Shown here piece after piece: positions 17,724 to 27,784 of a stretch of 64,000 bases of DNA. Source of the stretch: a virus (Duplodnaviria > Caudoviricetes); IMG/VR virus record IMGVR_UViG_3300037991_002562, positions 32,001-96,000 of that record. One strand, 5' to 3'. The position numbers and the translations under genes were made by a program. Under the pieces are notes generated by a model. The model searched no databases and was not told the DNA's origin. It was given only the letters and a program-made list of their open reading frames with translations. Position 1 is the first letter of the stretch. Every line of letters begins with the position of its first letter.

Positions 17724-18488
17724 ATGGAAATTTTAGTACCAACAGAATGTCCCTCCTGCGGAAGTGAGCTAGAGACAGTAAACAGTCAATTGTTCTGTCG
17801 AAACTCTAAATCATGTCCTGCACAATCTACTAAGCGCGTACAGCACTTTTGTAAGATTTTAAAAATCAAGGGATTCGGAGAGGTCACTGTTAATAAACTA
17901 GAGATTTCTCATATTAACGAGCTATTAACTCTTACGGAAGAGTTTTGTAAAACAAAAGGGATAGGGGATAAAACCTCAAGCAACTTAGTAGCTCAGATTC
18001 AAGACCGACTTAATAAAAAAATCTACGTATCAGATTTTATCTCAGGAATGTCAATACCTTTAGTAGGTACTTCACTAGCCAAGAAGCTAGGCTCAATTAA
18101 AATAGACGACCTGACGTATGAAGCTATACGCGAAGTAGGTGGTGGCGATAAAGCTGCAAACAACTTAATGGCTTGGATCGAAACAGACTGGATTCCAGAA
18201 TTACAAACCGAATGGAATCAGTATTTAGTAACAGAAAAACCAGTCAGTAATACTATACAGCAAAAAGGTGTAGTGTGTATTACAGGCAAACTAAACGACT
18301 TTCCTAATCGAAATGCCGCAGCAACACATTTAGCGTCACTCGGTTGGGAAGTAAAATCATCAGTAACCAAAACAACACAATACTTAGTCTGCGAAGATGA
18401 TTCAAAGACAGGTTCAAGCTCTTACAAAAAAGCAGAGAAACTTGGACTACCTATTGTGACAATCAAAGAATTAGAGGATAATTATTAA
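17724..18488 (+). CDS. ligB: NAD-dependent DNA ligase, subunit B (Zn finger, HhH, BRCT)
   Basis: CPSC...C....CPAQ, IKGFG, GIG.K, VCITG.L, SSVTK.T.YLV, KA..LG.PI; T5-type split ligase. Confidence 0.9.
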   Translation: MEILVPTECPSCGSELETVNSQLFCRNSKSCPAQSTKRVQHFCKILKIKGFGEVTVNKLEISHINELLTLTEEFCKTKGIGDKTSSNLVAQIQDRLNKKIYVSDFISGMSIPLVGTSLAKKLGSIKIDDLTYEAIREVGGGDKAANNLMAWIETDWIPELQTEWNQYLVTEKPVSNTIQQKGVVCITGKLNDFPNRNAAATHLASLGWEVKSSVTKTTQYLVCEDDSKTGSSSYKKAEKLGLPIVTIKELEDNY

Positions 18489-18489
18489 T

Positions 18490-19224
18490 ATGGCAAAATT
18501 TAGCTGGAATGAAGATAACACTGCGCAACTAGTAGACATGGTAGGCGCTCCTGACGAGACAATTACTCAAGCGCAACTAATCGAAGTAGCAGAACAACTT
18601 GGAACATCAGCACGTTCTGTAGGTTCTAAACTTCGTAAAATGGACTACAGCGTACAGAAAGCTAGCGAAGCTCGTAGCTCAGCATGGTCTGAAGCAGAAG
18701 AAGCAGAATTAGTAGCATTCTTAGACGCGAACAGCGGTGATTACACTTACGGCGAAATCAGCTCTGCTATCCTAGGCGGGAAGTTCTCTCCTAAACAAGT
18801 ACAAGGTAAAGTACTTAGCCTAGAAAAAACATCTGACGTAAAGCCAACTGAAAAAGTTGCTCCACCACGTAAATATACTGAAGAGCAAGAAGCTAAGTTT
18901 GTAGAGATGGCTCAAGCCGGTGAAAGCCTTGAAGCAATTGCAGAAGCGTTAGGTGTAAGCCTTAACTCTGCTCGCGGTAAAGCTCTAGCGCTAACTAAGT
19001 CTCATAATATCGAGATGCCTAAGCAAGCGAAAAGCAACGCACAAGCTCGCGTAGACGTATTTGAAGGCGTTGACGTTGAAACAATGACAGTAGAACAACT
19101 AGTAGAAGCTACTGGACGTACTGCTCGCGGTATTCGTTCTACACTATCTCGTCGTGGCTTAACATGCGTAGACTACGATGGTGCTGCAAAGCGTAAGAAG
19201 TTAGACGAAGCATCTGCTGAGTAA
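18490..19224 (+). CDS. D5: T5 D5-like DNA-binding protein / transcription factor
   Basis: Repeated W/Y..E.E..L HTH units; synteny. Confidence 0.85.
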   Translation: MAKFSWNEDNTAQLVDMVGAPDETITQAQLIEVAEQLGTSARSVGSKLRKMDYSVQKASEARSSAWSEAEEAELVAFLDANSGDYTYGEISSAILGGKFSPKQVQGKVLSLEKTSDVKPTEKVAPPRKYTEEQEAKFVEMAQAGESLEAIAEALGVSLNSARGKALALTKSHNIEMPKQAKSNAQARVDVFEGVDVETMTVEQLVEATGRTARGIRSTLSRRGLTCVDYDGAAKRKKLDEASAE

Positions 19225-19239
19225 TATTTAGTACTACCT

Positions 19240-19274
19240 AAGAGGGAGTGAGTGAGTTACTCACTCCCTTTTTT
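19240..19274 (+). terminator. Intrinsic terminator after D5
   Basis: AGGGAGTGAGT/ACTCACTCCCT stem followed by a T-run. Confidence 0.85.
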
Positions 19275-19289
19275 CTTATAGGGGCAATA

Positions 19290-20678
19290 ATGATAAATAC
19301 TGAAGGCTTAGTCCTTAAATTGCTGATGCACAGTAAAGAGTCAGAACAAGCATTATTAGCCTTCTCAAGAATAAAAGAAAAGCACTTCTCAGAATCCTTC
19401 AAACCCGTATTTACTGCTATTAAAGATTTCTACCACGAGTTCAACACTCTGCCATCTAGTAACGACATTTCTATTTATAGAGGAAGGTCGGCTAGGGTTC
19501 AAGTAGTTCTAAAGTCTATTCAGAATTTAGATATTACTAACCTAGACTTGGATGTAGCGGTGGAAGCTTTATTAGATAACCACTCCCAAGAGGTTGCACT
19601 AGATTTAATAACCGACTTTGTAGACAACGTATCTCTCCTTTCTAGGAACGAAATGTTGGATACTTTGGCAAGACTACCTATCTACTTTGAACAAGAGATT
19701 GAGTCTCCAGAGAAAGTATTAACTGCGCATGAACTAACAGCGTTCAAACCTAAAGAAGACATTCTTAAAGACGCAGTTCTACTTGGGTTATCTAATACGT
19801 GGGACAGTAAAATAACGTGTCAAATAGAAGACCTAATACTGTTAGGGGGAAGAAGAGGATCCGGTAAAAGTATTGTATGCTCCAATATTGTAGCAAATCA
19901 AATGGAGCAAGGAAACGTTGGTGTCTATTTCACAATAGAAATGACTGGACAGGAGACATTCCAGAGGATACTTTCTATAGTTACTGGTGTTAACTATGGG
20001 AATATAAAAGCTGGTGAATTTAGTGTTGAAGAGCAAAAGGCTATCGCAGAATGGCTGGCTAGTCAATACGAAGAGTCAGAAGATATTTTAGATGAATTTT
20101 TAAAGTCTGACGACCCTGACCCTTACTTATTCGAAAAACAACTAAAATCAACTTGCACACCTATTAAGGACAGTAAGTTAGTTGTTATAGATGACAGGGA
20201 ACTTTCACTAGCATCAATCGATGTTCAGCTATCAAAACTAAAAGCCAAGTATGGCGATAGGTTCAAGGTTGCCGTAATAGATTACGTTAACCAAGTGGTT
20301 TGGGATGGTCACGAATCTGAAATGTATGATTGGAAGATACAGACTATTATAGCTAAGCAACTTAAAAACTTAGCTAGGAAATATGGAATACTAATTGTTT
20401 CACCTTACCAGATAGACTCTACCGGAGAAGCTAGACTTTCTAAAGGTATACTAGATGCTTGCGATACAGCACAGCTACTCGAACCAGATAAGGAAACCAG
20501 CACAATTACATTCATACCGTCAAAAGTTAGAAGCAGTTCTGACGAAGTTACATCGACGGTAGCAATAGCATGGAATTGTCTAAAGATACATCCTAAAGAA
20601 GTCAATATAGACGACTTGAGACCAGAAGAAGAAAGTAAAGAAAATACTTTCCCATCTGGCGCAGGAGAGTTAGTGTAA
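19290..20678 (+). CDS. dnaB: Replicative DnaB-like helicase
   Basis: GGRRGSGKS, FTIEM, IDY, LK.LA...Q, D.D. Start moved to the ATG at 19290, downstream of the terminator. Confidence 0.9.
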   Translation: MINTEGLVLKLLMHSKESEQALLAFSRIKEKHFSESFKPVFTAIKDFYHEFNTLPSSNDISIYRGRSARVQVVLKSIQNLDITNLDLDVAVEALLDNHSQEVALDLITDFVDNVSLLSRNEMLDTLARLPIYFEQEIESPEKVLTAHELTAFKPKEDILKDAVLLGLSNTWDSKITCQIEDLILLGGRRGSGKSIVCSNIVANQMEQGNVGVYFTIEMTGQETFQRILSIVTGVNYGNIKAGEFSVEEQKAIAEWLASQYEESEDILDEFLKSDDPDPYLFEKQLKSTCTPIKDSKLVVIDDRELSLASIDVQLSKLKAKYGDRFKVAVIDYVNQVVWDGHESEMYDWKIQTIIAKQLKNLARKYGILIVSPYQIDSTGEARLSKGILDACDTAQLLEPDKETSTITFIPSKVRSSSDEVTSTVAIAWNCLKIHPKEVNIDDLRPEEESKENTFPSGAGELV

Positions 20679-21532
20679 TGTCTAGAGTTGAAGAGATTTT
20701 AGATAGAAAGAAAATTCACTACGTTCCTAAGGGTAAAGATGTATTAGTTAAGTGCTTCAACCCAGAGCACGAAGATACGCATCCTTCATTACGTATAGAC
20801 CGGGAAACTGGTCTATACCACTGTTTAAGTTGTGGTTATAGAGGAAACATACTTACTCAATTACGAGATCCTACCCCAGCGTACACCGCAAAAGTAGCAA
20901 AAATAAAACAGTCAATTTCTAAGCTTCGCGCCCACCGCGTAGTTTCGTATCCTGCCGATATGCATTCACCTATTACGTATGAGTATCGGGGAATTGGTAT
21001 AGATACGCTAGAGAAATTTGGTGCGTTTAAATCGGAAGAGATGTTTCCAGATAGGATAGTAATACCTATCTCAGACTATAACGAAAACCTAGTGTGTATG
21101 ATTGGTAGATATGAAAACACTGACATATCTCCTAAATACCTAATGAAGCCCAAAGACGTTCAAACTCCTTTGTTTCCGTCACCTATTAAATGTGACCTAT
21201 CCTCAGGCGTTTTGATACTAGTGGAAGGTTTATTCGACGTAATTAACTTACACGACAAATCTCTTACTAACGTCGCGGCAACGCTAGGAACAAAACAATT
21301 GACAGCCAAGAACATATTTGATAAACTATTACCATATATGTCGAGTGGCGTCTCGAAAATAGTAATCGTATTTGACCCTGATAAATCAGGAATCGAATCC
21401 GCAGATAAACTAAAAAAGCTAATAGACTACAATACGGACTTAGTATGCGAGGTTTACAAGTTACCTGGCTCTAAAGACCCCGGTAGCCTAACTTATGACG
21501 AGGTTCAGACTCTTAAGTCTAGAATCATGTAG
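20678..21532 (+). CDS. dnaG: DNA primase (Zn finger plus TOPRIM)
   Basis: CFNPEH.D..PS...CLSCG; LVEG.FD; FDPD..G; KDP. Confidence 0.9.
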   Translation: MSRVEEILDRKKIHYVPKGKDVLVKCFNPEHEDTHPSLRIDRETGLYHCLSCGYRGNILTQLRDPTPAYTAKVAKIKQSISKLRAHRVVSYPADMHSPITYEYRGIGIDTLEKFGAFKSEEMFPDRIVIPISDYNENLVCMIGRYENTDISPKYLMKPKDVQTPLFPSPIKCDLSSGVLILVEGLFDVINLHDKSLTNVAATLGTKQLTAKNIFDKLLPYMSSGVSKIVIVFDPDKSGIESADKLKKLIDYNTDLVCEVYKLPGSKDPGSLTYDEVQTLKSRIM

Positions 21533-21565
21533 CACACTAACTCAGTGTATAAACTAAGGAATTAT

Positions 21566-23920
21566 ATGAAAATAGCAATCATCCAAAAATGCCCATCCAA
21601 GACTGAATACCAGAAACTGTTCATGTTACAGAATCACGAGGTAGAAGTCTACAACCTATCAAGTACTAAGGTTTCTCGGCTACTTAAACGAGATATAGAC
21701 CTTACAGACTTCGACCCAACTAAATTCGACTACGTAATCCTCGTAGGTTCTGAAGCTCTAAAAAACTATACAAAACAAACATCAGTAACCGATTATACCG
21801 GAAAACAAGTTGAAGGTAAATGCGGTTATCCTAATTTCATTGCTAGTATATCACCAGCGATGTTAGCATTTAAACCAGAAAACAAGCCTGTGTTTGACTT
21901 AACTGTAAAAGCTATCCATAATATATTTGGTGGCGTTGAAGAAGACATGGCAAATAAAAACTACGAGTTCTACAGAGAGACTGAAGATATTAAGAAGTTT
22001 CTTAGAAGAGCTGAAGCCCACGGAACTGACGTAGTAGCGCTCGACTCCGAAACCAGTGCATTAGAACCTAGAGAAGGGTACATGCTCGGTATCTCTGTAA
22101 CATACGAGCTTCACCAAGGAGCTTACCTAGACTCGGATGGACTAGACCAAGAATGTGTTGATATTCTACAAAAAATTATCGATACTAAGGACGTAGTATT
22201 CCACAATGCTAAGTTCGATATGAAGTGGTTTCTTTACCATTTAGGCGTAAGGTTTGACCACAGAGAAGGTCACGTACACGATACAATGATTCTTCACTAT
22301 CTGTTAGACGAGCGACAAGGTACTCACGGACTGAAATCTTTGGCACTTAAATACACAGACTTAGGGGCATACGATGATGAACTTGACGAGTGGAAGAAAG
22401 ATTACATAAAACAGTATTCTATTGACCCAGACACATTCTCGTATGACCTAATACCTTGGGACATAATCAAGGTGTATGCAGCAAAAGATACAGATGCTAC
22501 ATTCCAACTGTTCCGTAAGTTCTACCCTATTCTTATTAAGAACAACAAATTAAAATACTGTTACGAAGAGCTACAACTACCAGCACTTCACTTCTTAACT
22601 AGAATGGAAGACCGTGGAGTTCCGGTATCTGCTAACAGACTTCTAGAAGCTAATAACTACCTAGACAGTCAGCTATCAGCTTACCGTAAGCAGCTATGGG
22701 AAGTAGAAGAAGTAATAGAGCTAGAGCAAGAGCAAGGAGCAGTGTTTAATCCTAACTCTGTTCAGCAAATTAGAAAGCTACTGTTTGATAAAGTAGGCTT
22801 AAAACCGACAGGTAAATTGACAGGCACAGGTGCAATCTCAGTAGACAAAGAGGTGCTAGACACTCTAGCTGCTCAGCATAAAGTACCAAAGCTTATTAAG
22901 AATATCAGAACGCATTTAAAACTTAAATCAACCTACATATCTAAGCTAATACCGTGTATTAATTCAGATAGTAGAGTACGAACAGGGTTTCACCAAACCA
23001 CGACCACTTCGGGTCGATTGTCCTCATCAGGTCGATTTAACATGCAGCAGCTCCCAAGAGATAATCCTATTATCAAAGGTTGTGTAGTTCCTCCTGAAGG
23101 TTATAAAATAGTAGCCTTGGACTTAACCACCGCAGAAATTTATTTTGCGGCTGTCTTATCGGAAGATAAGGCAATGCAGCAAGTATTTATCAACATGAAG
23201 AAAGACCCTGATAAATACCCTGATTTTCATAGCAACATAGCACATATGGTGTTTAACTTACCATGCGAACCTAAAGATGTAAAAGAGTTATATCCTGCGC
23301 TAAGACAGGCAGCAAAAGCCATTAGCTTCGGCATTTTATACGGGTCAGGCCCAGCTAAGGTAGCAGAAGCGGTTAACCTAGCGTTCCTAGAGAATGACCA
23401 ACCTGCAACTTGTACTGTAGAAGATGCTAAAGGATATATCCAAGACTACTTCCGCAGATTCAAGCAGCTTAAACGTTGGATTGATGAATGTCATAACCAA
23501 ATCAAAGAGCATGGTTTCATCTATAACCACTTTGGTAGAAAGCGCAGACTACGCAATATTAACTCTAAAGACAGAGGTATTGCTTCTGGTGAAGTTCGTT
23601 CAGGATTTAACGCAATCATCCAGTCTATCTCTAGTGATTCATTGCTACTAGGTGCGATTGATGCTGATAAGGAAATCATAGAAAAAGGATTCCCTGCTGA
23701 AATCTTCGCTCTAGTACATGACTCCATCGTGGCAATTGTTAGAGAAGACAAAGTAGAAGAGTACATCGAGCTAGTAACTAGAAATGTACAAAAAGACCGT
23801 GGATGTTCAATCCCTGATTGTCCTGTTGGTCTAGAGGCGGACTCAGAGCCAGGTGGTTCTAGAGACTATTCTTGTGGTAAATTAGAAGCTAAGTATCCAG
23901 ACTTAGCTAAGGTAGCATAA
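21566..23920 (+). CDS. polA: Family A DNA polymerase with 3'-5' exonuclease
   Basis: ALDSET, HNAKFD, YAAKD, TTSGRLSS, D...AE, RQAAKAISFGILYG, VHDS; AGGA RBS before 21566. Confidence 0.95.
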   Translation: MKIAIIQKCPSKTEYQKLFMLQNHEVEVYNLSSTKVSRLLKRDIDLTDFDPTKFDYVILVGSEALKNYTKQTSVTDYTGKQVEGKCGYPNFIASISPAMLAFKPENKPVFDLTVKAIHNIFGGVEEDMANKNYEFYRETEDIKKFLRRAEAHGTDVVALDSETSALEPREGYMLGISVTYELHQGAYLDSDGLDQECVDILQKIIDTKDVVFHNAKFDMKWFLYHLGVRFDHREGHVHDTMILHYLLDERQGTHGLKSLALKYTDLGAYDDELDEWKKDYIKQYSIDPDTFSYDLIPWDIIKVYAAKDTDATFQLFRKFYPILIKNNKLKYCYEELQLPALHFLTRMEDRGVPVSANRLLEANNYLDSQLSAYRKQLWEVEEVIELEQEQGAVFNPNSVQQIRKLLFDKVGLKPTGKLTGTGAISVDKEVLDTLAAQHKVPKLIKNIRTHLKLKSTYISKLIPCINSDSRVRTGFHQTTTTSGRLSSSGRFNMQQLPRDNPIIKGCVVPPEGYKIVALDLTTAEIYFAAVLSEDKAMQQVFINMKKDPDKYPDFHSNIAHMVFNLPCEPKDVKELYPALRQAAKAISFGILYGSGPAKVAEAVNLAFLENDQPATCTVEDAKGYIQDYFRRFKQLKRWIDECHNQIKEHGFIYNHFGRKRRLRNINSKDRGIASGEVRSGFNAIIQSISSDSLLLGAIDADKEIIEKGFPAEIFALVHDSIVAIVREDKVEEYIELVTRNVQKDRGCSIPDCPVGLEADSEPGGSRDYSCGKLEAKYPDLAKVA

Positions 23921-24258
23921 TGAGAAAATTACTTAAAGTTTTTGGAGCTGAGGGAAGCTCTGATGATAGTAGCTTTGTAACCTATCTATACAAGCTGGTT
24001 CTGCATAGAACCGGCCCTACTTCCCCACAGTCTGAGATCCCTATATACTTGGACAACAACAAAGTAGGTACTGTATTACTACCTAATGTGACAGATGGTA
24101 CTTTATATCTAGCTTGTGACTTGACTATATCAGAAGAGTTGCTAAAGTTCTTAGTACCTTCGTTAACATTAGCTAATTCTGGTTACGTTCATGTAGAGTT
24201 GAGAGTAAAAGAGGTGTTTGATGTTTCTGGAGTGCCAATTCCCGATCTACGAAATTAG
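23920..24258 (+). CDS. Hypothetical protein
   Basis: TAATG coupling to the polymerase gene. Confidence 0.6.
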   Translation: MRKLLKVFGAEGSSDDSSFVTYLYKLVLHRTGPTSPQSEIPIYLDNNKVGTVLLPNVTDGTLYLACDLTISEELLKFLVPSLTLANSGYVHVELRVKEVFDVSGVPIPDLRN

Positions 24259-24730
24259 GAAGTACGTAGATAAATTCGAGGAAGGTAACTACATTGTTAT
24301 TCAAACTAACAGAACTAGATGGGTGCTTGACTATAAGTACAAAACCGACGACGATTATGCTATACGCAGAATGAAGTTAAAAACCGACCCACTTTGTCCG
24401 TACAAAGTGTATCCGCTATATAAGATGCACAGGACAATAGGGCAGGTAATTCGTTCTAAGCATAGAGAGTTTATAGATAGCACAGGTCGTATGATTTTAT
24501 ATAAGCCTGCTAAGTTCTATAATATTAAAATAGCCAAGATAAGAGCGTCTTGGCTAACTCAAACAGGGCATCGAGCGTATAAGGTTTTAGAAACTAATAG
24601 AACATTTGTATCTATTGACGGTCAGTACACCCATATAGCCTATGTTGAAGTAGGTAGGCGTACCTTTTTAATTGATTTAATAACTTCCAAGGAGCTTCCA
24701 GAGTTCAAAACAGTTAGAACAAAAATATGA
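24218..24730 (+). CDS. Conserved T5-like hypothetical protein upstream of D10
   Basis: GAGG RBS, synteny, FIDS.G..I.YK motif. Confidence 0.7.
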   Translation: MMFLECQFPIYEIRKYVDKFEEGNYIVIQTNRTRWVLDYKYKTDDDYAIRRMKLKTDPLCPYKVYPLYKMHRTIGQVIRSKHREFIDSTGRMILYKPAKFYNIKIAKIRASWLTQTGHRAYKVLETNRTFVSIDGQYTHIAYVEVGRRTFLIDLITSKELPEFKTVRTKI

Positions 24731-25068
24731 GAAAAAAGGCAGTAATATCTAACAAGATATATTTGAACTGTTCTAAAGGTTCGGACTTACAGCACAAGCT
24801 AGAGTCCGAACTAACTTATGAAATAAATCAACAACCTATCTCAGAGTTCCCTTTGGTTATTAGACACCTTACTAGGATATCTGATATGGTTGTTTCATTC
24901 CCCGCAGGTAGAGTAGACCTAATACCAGATGATTACGAAATTGTAGACAAACGTAGTTATGAAGAAGCTGAAATACCAGAGCCTAGTTTTACGCTAAGAG
25001 AGAATCAAGCAGAAGCTAATGATTATTTCAGCGATGGTATGTCTGGTATTATCAACTGTAAACCGGGT
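24727..25068 (+). CDS. D10: SF2 (DExH) helicase D10, exon 1
   Basis: KAVISNKIY...LRENQ Q-motif; ends INCKPG, the first half of Walker A. Confidence 0.9.
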
Positions 25069-25358
25069 TAGTGTAACCTTAGCTCGGTATAAACTCTTCT
25101 AATTGCTGGAACGTCCTTAGAGCTTTTTAACTACAGCGTAACTGGAAACGGTAAGCGCGAATGTTTGAAAATAAAAAGATTGGATAATCAGCAGCTAAGA
25201 CCCTAAAATGGGTAAAGTTCAGAGACTATCCCTATATGGGAGTAGGCTTCAACGGAAGTCGAAATGGAGAGTAATATCATTAAGATATTAAAGATATAGT
25301 CCGATCTTTATCGAAAGATAAAGAGCGTCAGGTAACGGTCTGACGCGTAACATAAATG
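25069..25358 (+). mobile_element. ORF-less group I intron (290 nt) in the D10 helicase gene
   Basis: P1: exon ACCGGGU pairs with GCUCGGU. P AAUUGCUGGAA (25101), Q AAUCAGCAG (25186), R GUUCAGAGACUA (25217), S AAGAUAUAGUCC (25291); ends CAUAAAUG. Removal restores CKPG|WGKS in frame. Confidence 0.93.
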
Positions 25359-26375
25359 TGGGGTAAGTCCATATGTGCTATGGGCTTAATAGCTAAGTAC
25401 CAATTAAAGACCTTAATAGTAACTACTACCACAGTTATACGTGATATGTGGGTTAAGGAAATAAAACAGCACTTTGGTATAGAGCCTTGTGTTATTGGAG
25501 GTGGGAAGGTTATAAATCCCGAATCTCCAATAGCCGTAGGTAATATACAAACAGTAGAGAAGATTATCCAAAAGGAAAGCGGTACGTATGGAATGCTGAT
25601 AATCGACGAGTGCCACCATTGTTCTGCCAATACATTTACCAAAGTTCTGAACGTATCTAGAGCATCTATAAAAATAGGTCTTAGTGGTACATTGACCAGA
25701 CGAGACGGTAAACACGTACTGTTTAACGACTTCTTTGGTTCCAAGAGGTTTGTTGGTAAAGATGAAAACCGTATGAAGCCTACTGTGTGGGTTTATAGGT
25801 CAGCAGTACAAATTCCATCCAACTCTATGATTCCGTGGGCACGCCGCGCCAACGCAGTTATGGAAGACCCACGACATTTAAGTGATGTTATTTTTATAAC
25901 TAAAATATTGGAGCAGCTAGGGCACAGAGTTTTGGTGGTTGCAGATAGGGTAGAGTTTTTAGAAAAAGCTCACAAGGCATTACCTTATAGCTTAATAATA
26001 GCTAAGAACATGGCCGCTACCGCCGAAGAGCGGGAGATAGTCATGAATGCTGTTAAACAAGGAAAAGCATTATCATTGTGTGCAACACAATCTATTTTCT
26101 CCGAAGGTGTGTCACTTAACGAACTATCTGCATTAGTTGCAGGGTCTTTAATCAGCTCTGAAGAGTTACTTGAGCAGCTTATTGGTAGGGTTCAAAGACC
26201 TGCTAATAATAAGCTACCTCCTATAGTAGTAGATATAAGACTAGAGGGTGAAACAGCTAGAAGACAGTTCTATAACAGGAAAGCTCTGTATACAAGAGAG
26301 GGCTGGGAAGTTAAAGAAATAAGCAGGGCGGCAATGCTGGACTTGGTGAAACAACATGAGCAAACAATTAGCTAG
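25359..26375 (+). CDS. D10: SF2 helicase D10, exon 2 (spliced product about 452 aa)
   Basis: WGKS, IIDECHH, GLSGT..R.DG, SEGVS, QLIGRVQR. Confidence 0.9.
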   Translation, partial: WGKSICAMGLIAKYQLKTLIVTTTTVIRDMWVKEIKQHFGIEPCVIGGGKVINPESPIAVGNIQTVEKIIQKESGTYGMLIIDECHHCSANTFTKVLNVSRASIKIGLSGTLTRRDGKHVLFNDFFGSKRFVGKDENRMKPTVWVYRSAVQIPSNSMIPWARRANAVMEDPRHLSDVIFITKILEQLGHRVLVVADRVEFLEKAHKALPYSLIIAKNMAATAEEREIVMNAVKQGKALSLCATQSIFSEGVSLNELSALVAGSLISSEELLEQLIGRVQRPANNKLPPIVVDIRLEGETARRQFYNRKALYTREGWEVKEISRAAMLDLVKQHEQTIS

Positions 26376-26655
26376 CACTACACTTAACCTCATACTTGCA
26401 GAGGTTTCTAAAGACTTAGTAGACCCTAGCATGGGAGACCATAAGAAGTATTGGCAAATACTATCTACAGGTATAGAGAAGTTTATACAGAAAATGGCCT
26501 CCTGTGAACATAGCAATACCGTAACCAAGTTGAGCAACGGTGGCTTGTCTGGGTCAGGTAAGAAAATAATAAGCAAAATAACTCACTGCGAAGATTGTGG
26601 TAGAGTTTTAAGCACAGAAGTATTTGGAAAGGCTAATAATCTAGATACCCTGTAG
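26356..26655 (+). CDS. Hypothetical protein with possible Zn ribbon
   Basis: CEH...CEDCG. Confidence 0.55.
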   Translation: MSKQLASTTLNLILAEVSKDLVDPSMGDHKKYWQILSTGIEKFIQKMASCEHSNTVTKLSNGGLSGSGKKIISKITHCEDCGRVLSTEVFGKANNLDTL

Positions 26656-26678
26656 TGCAAATAAAATTAAAATATTTC

Positions 26679-26707
26679 TTGACATTTCGATCTATTATGT
26701 ATATAAT
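26679..26707 (+). promoter_or_regulatory. Perfect consensus promoter TTGACA-N17-TATAAT
   Basis: Exact hexamers, UP element, downstream AATTGAGGG. Confidence 0.92.
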
Positions 26708-26735
26708 GACTTTTCAAATTGAGGGATTAAACAAA

Positions 26736-27059
26736 ATGACATACTTCGATTATGAATACTGTTACATATTAGGTGCAGGAATGCCTAAGAAAATACTGCG
26801 AGCTTTCGAGCTAACAAAAAACAGACGTGGCAACGATTTCCTAATAAATGAAGAGGGCTTACTTAAATCTAAAGCTTCTGCCTTACATAAGGCTCAATAC
26901 TTAGGACTTGCTGCGTTACGTAACTATGATGACTACGCAGAGTCTCAAAGAAAAACACTCAGTAGAGGGCTTATCCCAAACTGGATTAAACTAGGGGAGT
27001 TAGAAACCAACCCCCTGATTACTATAACAGAAACAGAAATTATTTTAAATAAGGAATAA
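26736..27059 (+). CDS. Conserved T5-like hypothetical protein
   Basis: The start must lie downstream of the promoter (ATG 26736, GAGGG RBS); YLGLAALRNY..Y. Confidence 0.75.
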   Translation: MTYFDYEYCYILGAGMPKKILRAFELTKNRRGNDFLINEEGLLKSKASALHKAQYLGLAALRNYDDYAESQRKTLSRGLIPNWIKLGELETNPLITITETEIILNKE

Positions 27060-27065
27060 ATACAT

Positions 27066-27737
27066 ATGCTATCATTTGACGATTTACAAGGCGAAGCTAA
27101 AAAAGGCTCTAAAGTTAATTACATGAAACTACAAGACGGCACTAACCGTTTCCGTATTGTTGGTGACATTCTACCAGGTTACTTTTACTGGGTGAAAGGA
27201 GCAACTGGCGACGACCGCTCATTTGAATGCTTGCAGTTTGATCGTAACACAGAGAAGTTTAATTCTAGCTTACCAGACCCTGTTAAAGAGCTTAACCTAC
27301 AGGATGGTAAAGGTAACGACTTACGTTGCGGTTGGGGATACCGTTGCCAAGTAATAAACGAAGCAACAGGCAACCTAGAGGTACTAACTCTTAAGAAAGG
27401 TATGCTACAAGATATCATCAAGTTTGCTAAAAAGCAAAAAATCAACCCAACTAGCTACGAGAAAGGTTGCTGGATTACAGTAGAGCGTAAGAAAACTGGC
27501 CCGAAAGTGTTCAACGTAGCTTACGATGTAGACCCATTCAGCTTTGTATCTGAGCCTCTATTAGAGGAGCACATGGAAAAGGTTAAAGACCTTAAACCAA
27601 TGGCTGAAATTTTCCCACGTGAGACAGCAGAAGAACAACGTGCTCGTCTTAAAGTTCACCTAGAAGGTGCTCCGGCGGAAAACTCAGAGTCTGAAGAAGA
27701 AGCGACAGCAGAAGCAATGAACGAACTAGAAGACTAA
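27066..27737 (+). CDS. D11: T5 D11-like single-stranded DNA-binding protein
   Basis: G.NRFRIVG..LP...YW, KTGP...NV.Y, acidic tail; synteny. Confidence 0.8.
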   Translation: MLSFDDLQGEAKKGSKVNYMKLQDGTNRFRIVGDILPGYFYWVKGATGDDRSFECLQFDRNTEKFNSSLPDPVKELNLQDGKGNDLRCGWGYRCQVINEATGNLEVLTLKKGMLQDIIKFAKKQKINPTSYEKGCWITVERKKTGPKVFNVAYDVDPFSFVSEPLLEEHMEKVKDLKPMAEIFPRETAEEQRARLKVHLEGAPAENSESEEEATAEAMNELED

Positions 27738-27744
27738 TTAGTTC

Positions 27745-27774
27745 GAAGAGGGTGGCGAAAGTCACCCTTCTTTT
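27745..27774 (+). terminator. Intrinsic terminator after D11
   Basis: AGGGUGGC-GAAA-GUCACCCU followed by a U-run. Confidence 0.8.
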
Positions 27775-27784
27775 AAGGAATTAC

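Noticed and set aside
25356-26375. Independent 339-aa helicase, or D10 as a pseudogene
   Set aside because: The gap is a complete group I intron whose removal restores the frame and Walker A
26655-26735. N-terminal extension of ORF 26655 (likewise the listed starts 19248, 27752, 52757, 56601)
   Set aside because: These extensions overlap promoters, terminators or the RBS; downstream ATGs have proper ribosome-binding sites
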